Of a stretch of 64,000 nt of DNA, positions 10,342 through 20,900 are shown one piece after another. Made by a program: the position numbers and the translations under genes. The stretch is from an uncultured Pseudomonadota bacterium (GTDB lineage Bacteria > Pseudomonadota > Alphaproteobacteria > Rs-D84), in the NCBI GenBank assembly GCA_902795435.1, contig CADBLE010000004.1, forward strand, positions 71,601-135,600, read 5' to 3'. Each line of letters starts with the position of its first letter. Positions within the stretch are counted from its first letter, which is position 1. A model generated the notes under the pieces. The model was not told the origin of the DNA. It made no database searches and was given only the letters and a program-made list of their open reading frames with translations.

Positions 10342-12819
10342 ATGTCTATTAAAAATAATTTTGCTATTAAATTTATATTGGTTTTAACTGGTCTGGTTGC
10401 TTTGGGAATCATATCTTTGATTACGATTCCACCAATGATAAACCTGAATAATATGAAACCAAAAATAGAAACCGCTATATTTAACAAAACAGGTATAAAA
10501 TCTGAAATTCATGGAAATGTAAATTTCAGTTTATTGGGACACGCGACAATTATTGCACATAATATATCTGTGCCAAATGGTGTTATTTCTGATATAGAAT
10601 TCACAATTCCTGTTCGTGATATTTTCAATCTTGAAAATGCAAAAATAAACAACAATATAACAATAAACGGTGCGTCTTTTTCCATAGATAAACTTGTTCC
10701 ATTTTATATAAACAGCACTGTGAATATAAATGATTCTAAAATCAAATTTCTGAACAAAGAATATAATATTATCAGTGCTAAATTATCAAAAGATAAAATG
10801 TCTGCGATTGTCCGCACAGACCAACATAAATATGACATAAAATCTGAAAAAAATAATTTTCATATCAAAAATAAAAATAACAACCTTGATTTATATGGTA
10901 AATTAAATCCAGACGGCAGTGCAACTGCAAAAATCAGTATAACTGCACAAAACATAAATAAATGGTTTGAATTTGATAAACCAAAAATTACTGGCAAATT
11001 CCCTATTACCGCTGATTTAACATGGAACGGTCATTATGGTGTTACATTTGATAATATATCTGCAAATGGTGTTTCGGGCAGTGCCACATTACAAGAAGAC
11101 GGTTATAAAATTGTAAATCTGAAAACAAATCACGCAGATTATAATCTTGATTTTATTTTACAAGACACCGAAATTTTACAGGGCGGGCGTTTTGATTTAG
11201 ATTTAACCGGAAAAATAAAATTTATGGACAAAACATTTAACCATTTATATGTGAATATTGTTGGACATAAAGACAAAATCCAAATAAACCAAATTATTGC
11301 AGACACATTAAAAATAACTGGTGGATACATAGATAAAAATGGCGCACATGATGTTAAAATATCTCTGCCTGAAAATGGCGTTGATACACAATGTGTTTTC
11401 AATGGAACCCCAGAAAAATGGTCATGTAAAAATTTTGTATATGGCAATCAATATGCCGGTGATGTAAGTGTTGATGACGACGAATTTATTATAAATATAT
11501 CTTCATTGTATGATAATTACGATATAGATAAAATTATAAATTCTGCAAAAAGAATCGGCAACAAAGGAATCATAAAATTTACTTTTCCAGATTTAATTGG
11601 TTCTGTAAAAATAGATGATGATAAAACATATTTTACATACGATTTTGCCGCAAATAAAAATCTGGCATGGACAAATATAGATTTACCTTTTTTACCTGAA
11701 TTTATGAAAACAGAAATTGGAAATCTGGTATGGGACAAAGATTCTATAACATTTGTTCCAAAATCCAGAACATGGTATTTCCAAATGAAAAAAGATTTAT
11801 TCAAATTCAGTGGTGAAAATTTCAAGAAATTGTTTCCCGAACTAGATTTACGTTCAATAAAAGATTTATCCTATGTGGTTGCTGGAAATTACAAGAAAGG
11901 AAACATATCTAATTTAACATTGGATATCGCAGGACACACATTCAAAGGTTCTGCATCTGGTAAAAACATAACATTAAAAATAGATGTATTAAACATAGAC
12001 GCATTCACAGATGAATATTTTATGAAAAATTACGAAGAATTATCTTTCTTTACCGTTGCGCCAATTACGATACCTTTTGATATAGATGTTGAATTGTCTT
12101 TATCTGCAAACAAATTGATTTATCAAAAACAAAAATTTGATAATTTTGTATATTCATTGAAACCAAAAACACAAACTTTTTCAATCAGCGATTCTGACCG
12201 TGGAAATTTATTAGCGATTATAAAAAAGAACAACATAAATTATGATATCAATGTTCAATTAAACAAATTTGTTATGAAAGAAGATTTATTAAAACAAGAT
12301 ATGCCATTAAATGTATCTGATTTTTCACTGACCGCAGAAATAAATCTGAAAACTTCTGGGAAAATAGCACATGATATTCACGATAATTTAAATGGCGATT
12401 TTGATTTAACATTTAACGGTGGATATTTACATGGCCTGGGGTTCAGCAAATTTTATGCTTCTGCACAAAATATAAAAATATCAAATGCTGAATTGGTTTT
12501 GGCCGATGCACTAGAAGGTGGCATAACACCAATCAAAACAATGCGTGTTATTGGAACATACGAAAAAGATAAAATAAAAACAACATCACCTATTGTTTTA
12601 TCTATGAAACACATAGATGCAATTGGTGAAATGGAAATCGTAAATAATAAAATGTTGGTGAATTCTAGATTTGTTTTGCGTGGCACATCTGCGGAACCTG
12701 CACCGATAGAATTGATAATCTATCCAGACGGCACACGCAAATATTCATTATATGAAATAATGTTGCATTTTGATCCTGAATACATGCGCAGTTTCACAAA
12801 ATCTCACGATAAATTTTAA
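10342..12819 (+). CDS. large N-terminally anchored Asn/Lys-rich periplasmic protein (AsmA-like?)
   Basis: 825 aa with a single N-terminal TM (FILVLTGLVALGIISLITI) and then a long beta-rich body. The AsmA-family assignment is inferred from architecture only. Confidence 0.4.
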   Translation: MSIKNNFAIKFILVLTGLVALGIISLITIPPMINLNNMKPKIETAIFNKTGIKSEIHGNVNFSLLGHATIIAHNISVPNGVISDIEFTIPVRDIFNLENAKINNNITINGASFSIDKLVPFYINSTVNINDSKIKFLNKEYNIISAKLSKDKMSAIVRTDQHKYDIKSEKNNFHIKNKNNNLDLYGKLNPDGSATAKISITAQNINKWFEFDKPKITGKFPITADLTWNGHYGVTFDNISANGVSGSATLQEDGYKIVNLKTNHADYNLDFILQDTEILQGGRFDLDLTGKIKFMDKTFNHLYVNIVGHKDKIQINQIIADTLKITGGYIDKNGAHDVKISLPENGVDTQCVFNGTPEKWSCKNFVYGNQYAGDVSVDDDEFIINISSLYDNYDIDKIINSAKRIGNKGIIKFTFPDLIGSVKIDDDKTYFTYDFAANKNLAWTNIDLPFLPEFMKTEIGNLVWDKDSITFVPKSRTWYFQMKKDLFKFSGENFKKLFPELDLRSIKDLSYVVAGNYKKGNISNLTLDIAGHTFKGSASGKNITLKIDVLNIDAFTDEYFMKNYEELSFFTVAPITIPFDIDVELSLSANKLIYQKQKFDNFVYSLKPKTQTFSISDSDRGNLLAIIKKNNINYDINVQLNKFVMKEDLLKQDMPLNVSDFSLTAEINLKTSGKIAHDIHDNLNGDFDLTFNGGYLHGLGFSKFYASAQNIKISNAELVLADALEGGITPIKTMRVIGTYEKDKIKTTSPIVLSMKHIDAIGEMEIVNNKMLVNSRFVLRGTSAEPAPIELIIYPDGTRKYSLYEIMLHFDPEYMRSFTKSHDKF

Positions 12820-12831
12820 TGATACACAAAT

Positions 12832-12862
12832 AAAAAATAACCCCGAAAAATCGGGGTTATTT
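12832..12862. terminator. bidirectional intrinsic terminator (ccccgaaaaatcgggg)
   Basis: aaaaaataaccccgaaaaatcggggttattt lies between the convergent asmA-like gene and aspS. Confidence 0.6.
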
Positions 12863-12880
12863 AATCTAAGATATTTTGGT

Positions 12881-14650
12881 TTATCCCTTTGTACGAATCT
12901 TGATATGAACATCACGTAATTGTTGTTCACTGACTTCGTTCGGGGAACCCATCAATAAATCTTGTCCGCGTTGGTTTGCAGGGAACGCAACTGTTTCACG
13001 CAAACTTTCACCCGTACCCAAGATTTCAGAAATCAAACGGTCAATACCAAATCCAAATCCACCGTGTGGTGGTGCGCCATATTTGAACGCTGTGTATAAA
13101 GCAGAAAAGTTTTTCTCAACTGCTTCGATTGGATATCCCGCAATATCAAAACATTTTTTCATGATTTCTGGGTTATAGTTACGCAACCCACCACTGCACA
13201 TTTCAATACCGTTTATAACCATATCAAATTGTGCTGCCTTGATAGAAAATGGGTCTTTTGTTTCCAATTCTTCCAATGTGGCGATTGGGTAAGAGAACGG
13301 ATTGTGTGTAAATTTAGGTGCACCACCACGATCTTCATCTGGTTCAAAGAATGGGAATTCATCAACCCAGCAAATTGCAAAATCACGTGGGTTTATCAAA
13401 CCTAAATCAGCACCCAATTTATTACGTAATTTACCAGCTGCCTTTGACGCAGGTTCTTCGGCATCACACACAAAGAACAAAGAAGAATTATCGCCTGCAA
13501 TTTCTTTCAATTTTGCAATACGGTCTGCATCTAATTTCTTTGCAACCGGACCCTTTGGTTCGTCTGCAAATACGATATAGGCCAAACCACCCAATCCTAA
13601 TTCTTTGGTTGCATATTCGCCCAATTTATCAAACCAAGAACGTGGTTTATCTGCGGAATTTGGTGCAGGTATTGCACGAATCACAGAACCATTTTCAACA
13701 GCATTTGCGAAAATACCGAATTCAGAACCACGGAATATTTCGCTTACATCACTGATTAAAATTGGGTTTCTTAAATCAGGTTTATCGGAACCATATTTCA
13801 ACATTGCATCATCAAATGAAATGTGTGGAATTTCAGGATACACATTTGCATCTGGTGCAAAAGTTTTAATCAATTCAGGAATAACTGTTTCACCGACCGC
13901 CCAAATTTCAGGCAAATCAACGAAAGACATTTCAACATCTAATTGATAGAATTCCAATAATCTGTCTGAACGTAAATCTTCATCACGAAAACATGGTGCA
14001 ATTTGGAAATATCTGTCAAACCCAGATACTTGTAATAATTGCTTGAACATCTGAGGAGCCTGAGGCAACGCATAAAATTTACCATGATTCAAACGGCTTG
14101 GCACCAAGAAACAACGTGCACCTTCTGGACTGTCCGCGGTCAATAATGGTGTTTGGAATTCAGAGAAACCCAATTCCCACATTTTATCACGCATCCATTT
14201 AATCATTTTGTTGCGCATTAAAATATTGTGATGTAATTTTTCACGACGCAAATCAAGGAAGCGATATTTATAACGCAATTCTTCACCTGTATCTTCATCA
14301 CCGAACACAGGGAAAGGCAAAACATCCGCACTGGTCAAAACTTCCCATTTTTCAGATTTAATTTCAATATGACCGGTTGGAATTTTATCATTTATTGCTT
14401 CTTTATCACGGGCAACAACCGTACCTGTGATTTTAATAACAGATTCAGGGTGAATTCTTTCAAGATTTTCATCACCACCGTCAAACACGCATTGTGTTAT
14501 ACCATAATTATCACGCAAATCCACGAACAACAAAGAACCATGGTCACGTTTACGATGAACCCACCCAGACAAAGTGACAACTTCACCGACATTTTTTTCG
14601 GTCAATTCACCACAGGTATGAGTCCTGTATTTAGATTTTAAAGACATCAT
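12881..14650 (-). CDS. aspS: aspartate--tRNA ligase (AspS; probably non-discriminating)
   Basis: 589 aa with an N-terminal OB fold (GEVVTLSGWVHRKRDHGSLLFVDLRD), class II motifs (FRDEDLRSDR, GGAPPHGGFGFGIDRL). Confidence 0.9.
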   Translation of the reverse strand: MMSLKSKYRTHTCGELTEKNVGEVVTLSGWVHRKRDHGSLLFVDLRDNYGITQCVFDGGDENLERIHPESVIKITGTVVARDKEAINDKIPTGHIEIKSEKWEVLTSADVLPFPVFGDEDTGEELRYKYRFLDLRREKLHHNILMRNKMIKWMRDKMWELGFSEFQTPLLTADSPEGARCFLVPSRLNHGKFYALPQAPQMFKQLLQVSGFDRYFQIAPCFRDEDLRSDRLLEFYQLDVEMSFVDLPEIWAVGETVIPELIKTFAPDANVYPEIPHISFDDAMLKYGSDKPDLRNPILISDVSEIFRGSEFGIFANAVENGSVIRAIPAPNSADKPRSWFDKLGEYATKELGLGGLAYIVFADEPKGPVAKKLDADRIAKLKEIAGDNSSLFFVCDAEEPASKAAGKLRNKLGADLGLINPRDFAICWVDEFPFFEPDEDRGGAPKFTHNPFSYPIATLEELETKDPFSIKAAQFDMVINGIEMCSGGLRNYNPEIMKKCFDIAGYPIEAVEKNFSALYTAFKYGAPPHGGFGFGIDRLISEILGTGESLRETVAFPANQRGQDLLMGSPNEVSEQQLRDVHIKIRTKG

Positions 14651-15170
14651 TTTTTACACCTTATATTTTTGTTTCGGTGCCATAAAAATATTTCTGAGAT
14701 ACGGCACCAATTCAAATCTTAAATGTCAGGGGCGCTAAGATTTTTTCGCGCGGTGCCACCCTGCTTTTTTACTCGTTTGATTATATATCATATTCCACGG
14801 GCGTTAATCGTATCAACACATAATATACATCAATCAGTGGTAATTTTATACCCTAAAAAACCAATTTTCAACCAATTTTAGAAAATTTTATTTATATTCA
14901 GATTTCAATTTAGAAAACATAACAGAATCTTTATATTCATCATTTATAAAATGTTTTCCACGTAAAACACCTTCCTGAAAAAACCATATATGCTGTGCAA
15001 TACCCAAAGATTTTTTATTTTCAGAATAAAATTATGAAAAGAAAAAATAAGTTGAAAAAAACATTGGTTTATTGTACTTTGTTTAGCATGATTTATAGGC
15101 CTATATTACATAACCATTAAAATAATAAATACGGGCGGTAACAGGACAATTTGTAAAAAATGGTTTAAGT

Positions 15171-16337
15171 ATGGATAAACATATATCTTTTACAACAAAA
15201 AACAAAATTAAAGTCTGCTTTTTTGTCTCTGGTTTTACCGTAGGCGGAGTTGAGACCATCTTTATCAACACCATGGAAGAATTATTGAAAAATCCAAATT
15301 TGGATATTTCAGTTGTAACACACATGAAACTGCGTGAAGCATTGTATGCCGATTGGTTAAAATCACATCCAGAGATACCTGTGTATACCTATTTCCCACT
15401 TGGAAATTGGTTTCAAGATTTAGAACCAAAGTGTCGTGGCCTAATGAAACTGATTCGCAAAATAACATTCAGTTTGTATAAAAGATATCGTCGTTTTATA
15501 TGGCGTAATAAGTTTAAAAAAATGGATGTTTTTATAGATTATAAAAACTTTGAGTTCTTTAGAGAATTGAGTTATATAAAGAAACCAAAAATTGCATGGG
15601 CGCATAGTGCGTTATGTTATTTTGAACGAGATAAAAACTTCCTAAAAAAAGCATCACAATACGATAAAATCGTGTGCCTTACAGACGACTTTAAGGAACG
15701 TTTTAAGAGCAAATATCCAGAATATGCAGATAAAATAGTTCGTATATATAATCCAATAAACGAAAAACATATTCAGCAATTATCAAACCAGGGAAAGTCG
15801 CCACGTGGTAAATATTTTTGCCATGTATCAAGACTTAGTAAAAGCAAAGATATAAAGACTCTGTTGGATGCATTTGACATATTTTATAAATCTCATAAAG
15901 ATGTTAAGTTATATATTGTTGGGGATGGTCCTCTTGCAAACACTCATAAATCTTATGCAAGCACACTAAAATCAAGCAAAAATATTATCTTTACAGGAAC
16001 GCAGTATAATCCTTATATATTTATGAAAGGTGCAATTGCTAATATATTGTCTACTGAATATGAGGGATTGCCAACTGTAGTTTTAGAATCAGTGGCACTG
16101 GGTGTCCCATGTATATCCGCAGATTGTGAAAGCGGACCACGAGAAATATTGTTAGATGGTAAGGGTGGTTTGTTATTTGAAATTGGTGATACAGATACCT
16201 TGGCAAAACACATGGAAACAGTTTATAAATTTCCAGCAAAAGCCAAAAGACTGTCAAATGTAGCACAGAAAAAATTGACTAGATTTAATCCGACAATAAT
16301 ATCTAAGCAAATCGTTGATTTAATAAAAGGTTTATAA
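15171..16337 (+). CDS. glycosyltransferase family 4 (GT-B, RfaG-like)
   Basis: Contains the EX7E-type motif EYEGLPTVVLESVALGVPCISADCESGPREIL. Confidence 0.7.
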   Translation: MDKHISFTTKNKIKVCFFVSGFTVGGVETIFINTMEELLKNPNLDISVVTHMKLREALYADWLKSHPEIPVYTYFPLGNWFQDLEPKCRGLMKLIRKITFSLYKRYRRFIWRNKFKKMDVFIDYKNFEFFRELSYIKKPKIAWAHSALCYFERDKNFLKKASQYDKIVCLTDDFKERFKSKYPEYADKIVRIYNPINEKHIQQLSNQGKSPRGKYFCHVSRLSKSKDIKTLLDAFDIFYKSHKDVKLYIVGDGPLANTHKSYASTLKSSKNIIFTGTQYNPYIFMKGAIANILSTEYEGLPTVVLESVALGVPCISADCESGPREILLDGKGGLLFEIGDTDTLAKHMETVYKFPAKAKRLSNVAQKKLTRFNPTIISKQIVDLIKGL

Positions 16338-16338
16338 A

Positions 16339-16740
16339 ATGGTAAAATATGATTTGTTGAATTTTACTGTCCATGGTGATTACGAAGGATCACTTGTTGC
16401 ATTGGAAAAAGGTGCAGATTTTCCATTTGATATTAAACGTGTTTATTACATTTGGAACACAGATAAAAATGCAGTTCGCGGAAAACACGCACACCGTAAA
16501 TTAGAACAAGTTATTGTTTGTACATCTGGTTCATGCGATTTTATTTTAGATGATGGACACGAACGCACAACCGTTCATTTAGATAACCCTGCACAAGGTT
16601 TGCACATCAAATCAAATATATGGCGTGAATTTACAAATTTTTCACCAGATTGTGTCGTTATGGTGTTAGCCAGCGAACACTATGATGAATCAGATTATAT
16701 TCGCGATTATGATACATTTCTAAAAGAGATTGCAAAATGA
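16339..16740 (+). CDS. dTDP-4-dehydro-6-deoxyhexose 3,4-ketoisomerase (FdtA/WxcM-like cupin)
   Basis: 133 aa. HGDYEGSLVALEKG...KRVYYIW...RGKHAHRKLEQVIVC matches the FdtA/QdtA cupin pattern. Confidence 0.6.
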   Translation: MVKYDLLNFTVHGDYEGSLVALEKGADFPFDIKRVYYIWNTDKNAVRGKHAHRKLEQVIVCTSGSCDFILDDGHERTTVHLDNPAQGLHIKSNIWREFTNFSPDCVVMVLASEHYDESDYIRDYDTFLKEIAK

Positions 16741-17687
16741 TAAAGATAGAAAAATATTCAAAAGACAAACAAAAAATATGGGATGATTTTGTAAACACTT
16801 CCAAAACCCCTATGTTTATGTTCAACCGCAATTTTATGGAATATCATTCAGATAGATTTGTTGATAATTCTTTGATGTTTTACAATGACAAAAATGAATT
16901 GGTTGCTGTTTTGCCTGCATCAATTCATGGTCAACAAATTCGTTCGCATGGCGGATTGACATACGGTGGATTTTTTGTAAATGATATGATGAAACAACAC
17001 ACAATGAATGATTGCGTATCTTCGTTGGTTGAATATTTGGGTGCTAATAACATAAATCACTTTATTTATAAATCTGTGCCAACTATTTATAACACTTTGC
17101 CAGCCGAAGAATACATGTGGCCATTATGGCAGGCCGGATTTAAATTGGAACGCACAGATGTTTCTTCGGTTATAGATTTACAAAATCAGTTGAAAATGCC
17201 AAAGGGACGCAAAGCACAAATATCACGTGCCAAACGCGAAGGTGTTGAAATCGTTGAATCATCTGATTTTAATACATTTATTGATTTGGAAAATTCTGTT
17301 TTGTCCGCACGACATGGGGTACGTGCGGTGCATACCGGTGCAGAATTAAAATTATTAAAATCAAGATTTCCAGAAAATATCAAATTATTTGTCGCAAAAT
17401 ATAACAATCAAATGATTGCTGGGACTTTATTATTCATTTATCCAAATGTTGTTCACACACAATATATGGCTGCAAATGAAGTTGCACGCGAAATTGGTGG
17501 ACTTGATTTATTGATAAAAACATTGATAGATAAATACACAGAATCAAAAAAATGGTTTGATTTTGGTATTTCAACCGAACAGGGTGGCGAAGTGTTTAAC
17601 GATGGCCTTTGTGCGCAAAAAGAAGGTTTTGGTGCACGCACAATCGCCTATAATTTTTATGAATGGAAATGTGGCAAAGGGAGATAA
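16737..17687 (+). CDS. FemAB-like / GNAT-fold acyltransferase (putative sugar N-acyltransferase)
   Basis: 316 aa whose architecture resembles FemAB-family GNAT proteins that occur in O-antigen loci. The assignment comes from context and fold-like pattern only. Confidence 0.4.
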   Translation: MIKIEKYSKDKQKIWDDFVNTSKTPMFMFNRNFMEYHSDRFVDNSLMFYNDKNELVAVLPASIHGQQIRSHGGLTYGGFFVNDMMKQHTMNDCVSSLVEYLGANNINHFIYKSVPTIYNTLPAEEYMWPLWQAGFKLERTDVSSVIDLQNQLKMPKGRKAQISRAKREGVEIVESSDFNTFIDLENSVLSARHGVRAVHTGAELKLLKSRFPENIKLFVAKYNNQMIAGTLLFIYPNVVHTQYMAANEVAREIGGLDLLIKTLIDKYTESKKWFDFGISTEQGGEVFNDGLCAQKEGFGARTIAYNFYEWKCGKGR

Positions 17688-17691
17688 TAAA

Positions 17692-18837
17692 ATGATAGAT
17701 AAAATCGCTATTGAACATTTAAACAAAATTAGTAAAGAGAAACTTCTGAGAAAAAACGGTTTGATTTGTTATACTTATAATGATGCTATAACAGATACGG
17801 AATATTATAACCCACAATGTATGAATATAGGTGATTATATTCAATCGTTGGCCGCAAAACAATTTTTTCATTCTATCGATGAGTTTATAGATAGAGACCA
17901 GCTTGGAGAATATAATGGCGAAAAAATAAATATGATATTAAATGCTTGGTATTTTATTTGGAAGAAAAATAAAGTTTTTTCTAAAAAAATTAGACCTTTA
18001 TTAGTGGCTGTTCATATAAATAATCCCGAAGGCGTAACGGAAGAAACAATAAAATATTTTAAAGAAAATGAACCTGTTGGATGTCGAGATTATCAAACAA
18101 GAGACTTTTTGTTGAAACACGGAGTTCAGGCCTATTTTTCGGGCTGTTTAACATTAACTCTTGGTGAAACATATAAAGTTTCTGAAAATAAAAGAAATGA
18201 TACCATTTATTTCGTAGATTATAAAATGGGAGATAAAAAAAATAAATTAATAGATGATAAGCTCAAGCAAATTATAAAAAAACATCCAAGAGGTAATATC
18301 CGTTATAAGACACACTTGTATCCATTAGATAAAGATTGTTTAGGGGCTTTATATGAAGCTGAGTGTTTAATCAAAGATTATGCCACAGCAAAATTAGTTA
18401 TAACACAAAACATACATTGTGCGTTGCCTTGTTTGTCTTTGGGAACCCCGGTGATACTTGTAATACCAGAATTTGATACAAAAAGGTTTTTAGGTATATA
18501 CAATATGTTTAATTATGTTGGTTTTAATGATCAAAATGAATTCTTATGCAATATAAACACAGATGATAATGGAAATATTGTAAATACAGACGAATATAAA
18601 AAATACGCTAATTTTTTAAAAGACATATGTATGAAGTTTATGCATATAGATAAAATACCAGGAATACATTGTAAAAAAGTATTTTTTAAATATCATCAAC
18701 TTGATACAAGAGAATATAAAATAAAACAATCGTTAAAGATTTTCAAAAGAATAAGAAACGGTAATAAACGAACAATTGTTTTATTTGGATTTATAAAAAT
18801 TCACTATACTAAAAAAGGGCATAAACATGGATTATAA
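17692..18837 (+). CDS. polysaccharide pyruvyl transferase family protein
   Basis: KLVITQNIHCALPCLSLGTPVILV resembles the PS_pyruv_trans core (ITTRLHxxIxAxxxGTPxIxI). The tracked start at 17557 overlaps the previous gene by 130 nt, so I trimmed it to the ATG at 17692, which has an AAAATG context. Confidence 0.5.
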   Translation: MIDKIAIEHLNKISKEKLLRKNGLICYTYNDAITDTEYYNPQCMNIGDYIQSLAAKQFFHSIDEFIDRDQLGEYNGEKINMILNAWYFIWKKNKVFSKKIRPLLVAVHINNPEGVTEETIKYFKENEPVGCRDYQTRDFLLKHGVQAYFSGCLTLTLGETYKVSENKRNDTIYFVDYKMGDKKNKLIDDKLKQIIKKHPRGNIRYKTHLYPLDKDCLGALYEAECLIKDYATAKLVITQNIHCALPCLSLGTPVILVIPEFDTKRFLGIYNMFNYVGFNDQNEFLCNINTDDNGNIVNTDEYKKYANFLKDICMKFMHIDKIPGIHCKKVFFKYHQLDTREYKIKQSLKIFKRIRNGNKRTIVLFGFIKIHYTKKGHKHGL

Positions 18838-19825
18838 ATTAACAATTATTATGTCTAATTATAATCAGGCAAACCTTATTGGTGGTGCGATAGATTCTGT
18901 GTTGATGCAAAAAACCAATTTCCCATTTCAATTGATTATCACAGATGATAATTCTACGAAAGACGATAGTGTAAAGATATTAAAACAATACGAAAAGAAA
19001 TATCCTGATATAATCAAAGTGTTATATAACAAGGAAAATGGACGCTATCTTAAAAATGTATTACGTGCCAAGGCAATTACTAAAACACCTTATTTTACTT
19101 TACTGGACGCAGACGATTATTGGACTGATGAAAATTATTTACAAAATGCGGTTGATTATTTAGATGCAAACCCAGACAAAGTGATATATGCACGTAATGT
19201 TGAATGTTTAGATGAATCTGGCAAAAAATGGTTGTTTATTCCAGAAAATACACCAGATGGTGATTTTACAATAGATGACTATTTGAATAACCACATTGTA
19301 ATTCCACAAACAACAGGTGGCGTATTCAGAAATGTTATTTTTGCACATGGTATCCCAAAGATTATGAGTGATGCCATTGGAACCGTTCACGAACGTTCAT
19401 TTGAAGGCGATTTTGACCGGTTTGTAATGCACCTTAAATATGGTGGTGCACATTTTGAAAATAAAGTATCTGGGGTTTATCGTGTTTTATCAAGTGGCAT
19501 TTGGTCGCGTATGAACACATTTGAAAGACATGTAATCCAGGCACAAACATTGATTGATTACAATGAATACTTTGAACATAAATATAATGATTTTTTTATA
19601 AAGTCTGCGTGGGGTGCATTAAATGTTGCGATGGATTTTATTAAACAACCACAACCAAATGCTACTTTTTCGGTTGAGTCGCAAAATGCGTTTTTTAGTG
19701 CTTTGACAGAATGTATGAAAAACACTGATTTATTGGTACAAAAGCCACAAAAATTAAAAGACAAAATTCGATTGAAAATTTATACAAAATTACAAAAAAA
19801 ATTGACTAGCAAAGGATTGATATAA
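18827..19825 (+). CDS. glycosyltransferase family 2
   Basis: N-terminal GT-A pattern: LTIIMSNYNQANLIGGAIDSVLMQ...LIITDDNSTKDDS...LDADD. Confidence 0.7.
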   Translation: MDYKLTIIMSNYNQANLIGGAIDSVLMQKTNFPFQLIITDDNSTKDDSVKILKQYEKKYPDIIKVLYNKENGRYLKNVLRAKAITKTPYFTLLDADDYWTDENYLQNAVDYLDANPDKVIYARNVECLDESGKKWLFIPENTPDGDFTIDDYLNNHIVIPQTTGGVFRNVIFAHGIPKIMSDAIGTVHERSFEGDFDRFVMHLKYGGAHFENKVSGVYRVLSSGIWSRMNTFERHVIQAQTLIDYNEYFEHKYNDFFIKSAWGALNVAMDFIKQPQPNATFSVESQNAFFSALTECMKNTDLLVQKPQKLKDKIRLKIYTKLQKKLTSKGLI

Positions 19826-19826
19826 A

Positions 19827-20900
19827 ATGAAACATCCAAAATTTTCTATAATTTGTCCGGCTTTTAATCATGAAAAATATGTTGCTTGGTTTATAGACAG
19901 CGTATTGGCACAAACTGTTTCCGATTGGGAATTGGTTATTGTTGATGATTGTTCGTCTGATAATACGGCAAAAATTATAAAATCTTATGCTGATAAACGT
20001 ATCAAATTTATTCAACATAAAATCAATGGTGGAATAAATGCCGCAATAAATACTGGGGTTGAAAATGCATCTGGGGATATATGGGTTATGGTCGCATCTG
20101 ATGATGTTATGTATCCAAACGCATTGGAAAAGATTGGCGATGCCTTTGATAGTAATCCAAACACAGTTGCGGTTTATTGCAATCTGGATGTGATAGACGA
20201 AAACAATAATCCACGAACAGATGTTGTTATGCCAGAATTAAAAAATCGTTCGCGTGCTTCCTTTTTGCATGATGCTTTTATGTATGGAAATATCCTTTAT
20301 GGACCGGGAATGTCAATGCGCGCAAAGGTTGCAAAAAATATGTTCCCTGCCACACCTGCAAATTGCATATACCAAGATTACATTCAAAATATTCAATTGT
20401 TGATAATGGGTGATGTTTTTGTATTGCCAGAAAAAGTTATAAAATATCGTGTTACGCACGATCAAAAAAATATAAGTGCCGCTGGATTTTCCACACAAAT
20501 GCGTTGTATTTTGGAAACAGACAGTTTGATGGACACTTTTTTTGATATCAAAGATGTTGACTTATTAAAAGATATGTTTGAAAAAGAAATTAAAGAAACA
20601 GGTATAACCATTAAAAAATCTGGCGATATAAAATATTTTCTGGGGCGTATGGCAATGTTGTCACACAATGATGCACGCAAAACCTGGGGTTTTCATCAGA
20701 TAATGGAATCTTACAATGTGGATAGAACAAGACTTTTCAAAGAGTATGATTTTCAATTTCGTGATTTGGTCGCTTTGGTAAAATTATTTCAGCCATCTGA
20801 ATATGCACGAAAATACAAGAAATATAAAAATCTTTTCAATTTAATGCTTGTTGTATCTGTAATGTTATTATTAACCAGTATAATTGGAGTAATATTATGA
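19827..20900 (+). CDS. glycosyltransferase family 2 with a C-terminal TM
   Basis: GT2 signature [25 protein letters not shown]...[12 protein letters not shown]...ASDD, with a hydrophobic C-terminus. Confidence 0.7.
   Translation: MKHPKFSIICPAFNHEKYVAWFIDSVLAQTVSDWELVIVDDCSSDNTAKIIKSYADKRIKFIQHKINGGINAAINTGVENASGDIWVMVASDDVMYPNALEKIGDAFDSNPNTVAVYCNLDVIDENNNPRTDVVMPELKNRSRASFLHDAFMYGNILYGPGMSMRAKVAKNMFPATPANCIYQDYIQNIQLLIMGDVFVLPEKVIKYRVTHDQKNISAAGFSTQMRCILETDSLMDTFFDIKDVDLLKDMFEKEIKETGITIKKSGDIKYFLGRMAMLSHNDARKTWGFHQIMESYNVDRTRLFKEYDFQFRDLVALVKLFQPSEYARKYKKYKNLFNLMLVVSVMLLLTSIIGVIL

Noticed and set aside
17557-17691. Upstream extension of the pyruvyl-transferase ORF
   Set aside because: It overlaps the preceding gene by 130 nt in another frame. 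An internal ATG at 17692 gives a clean junction.
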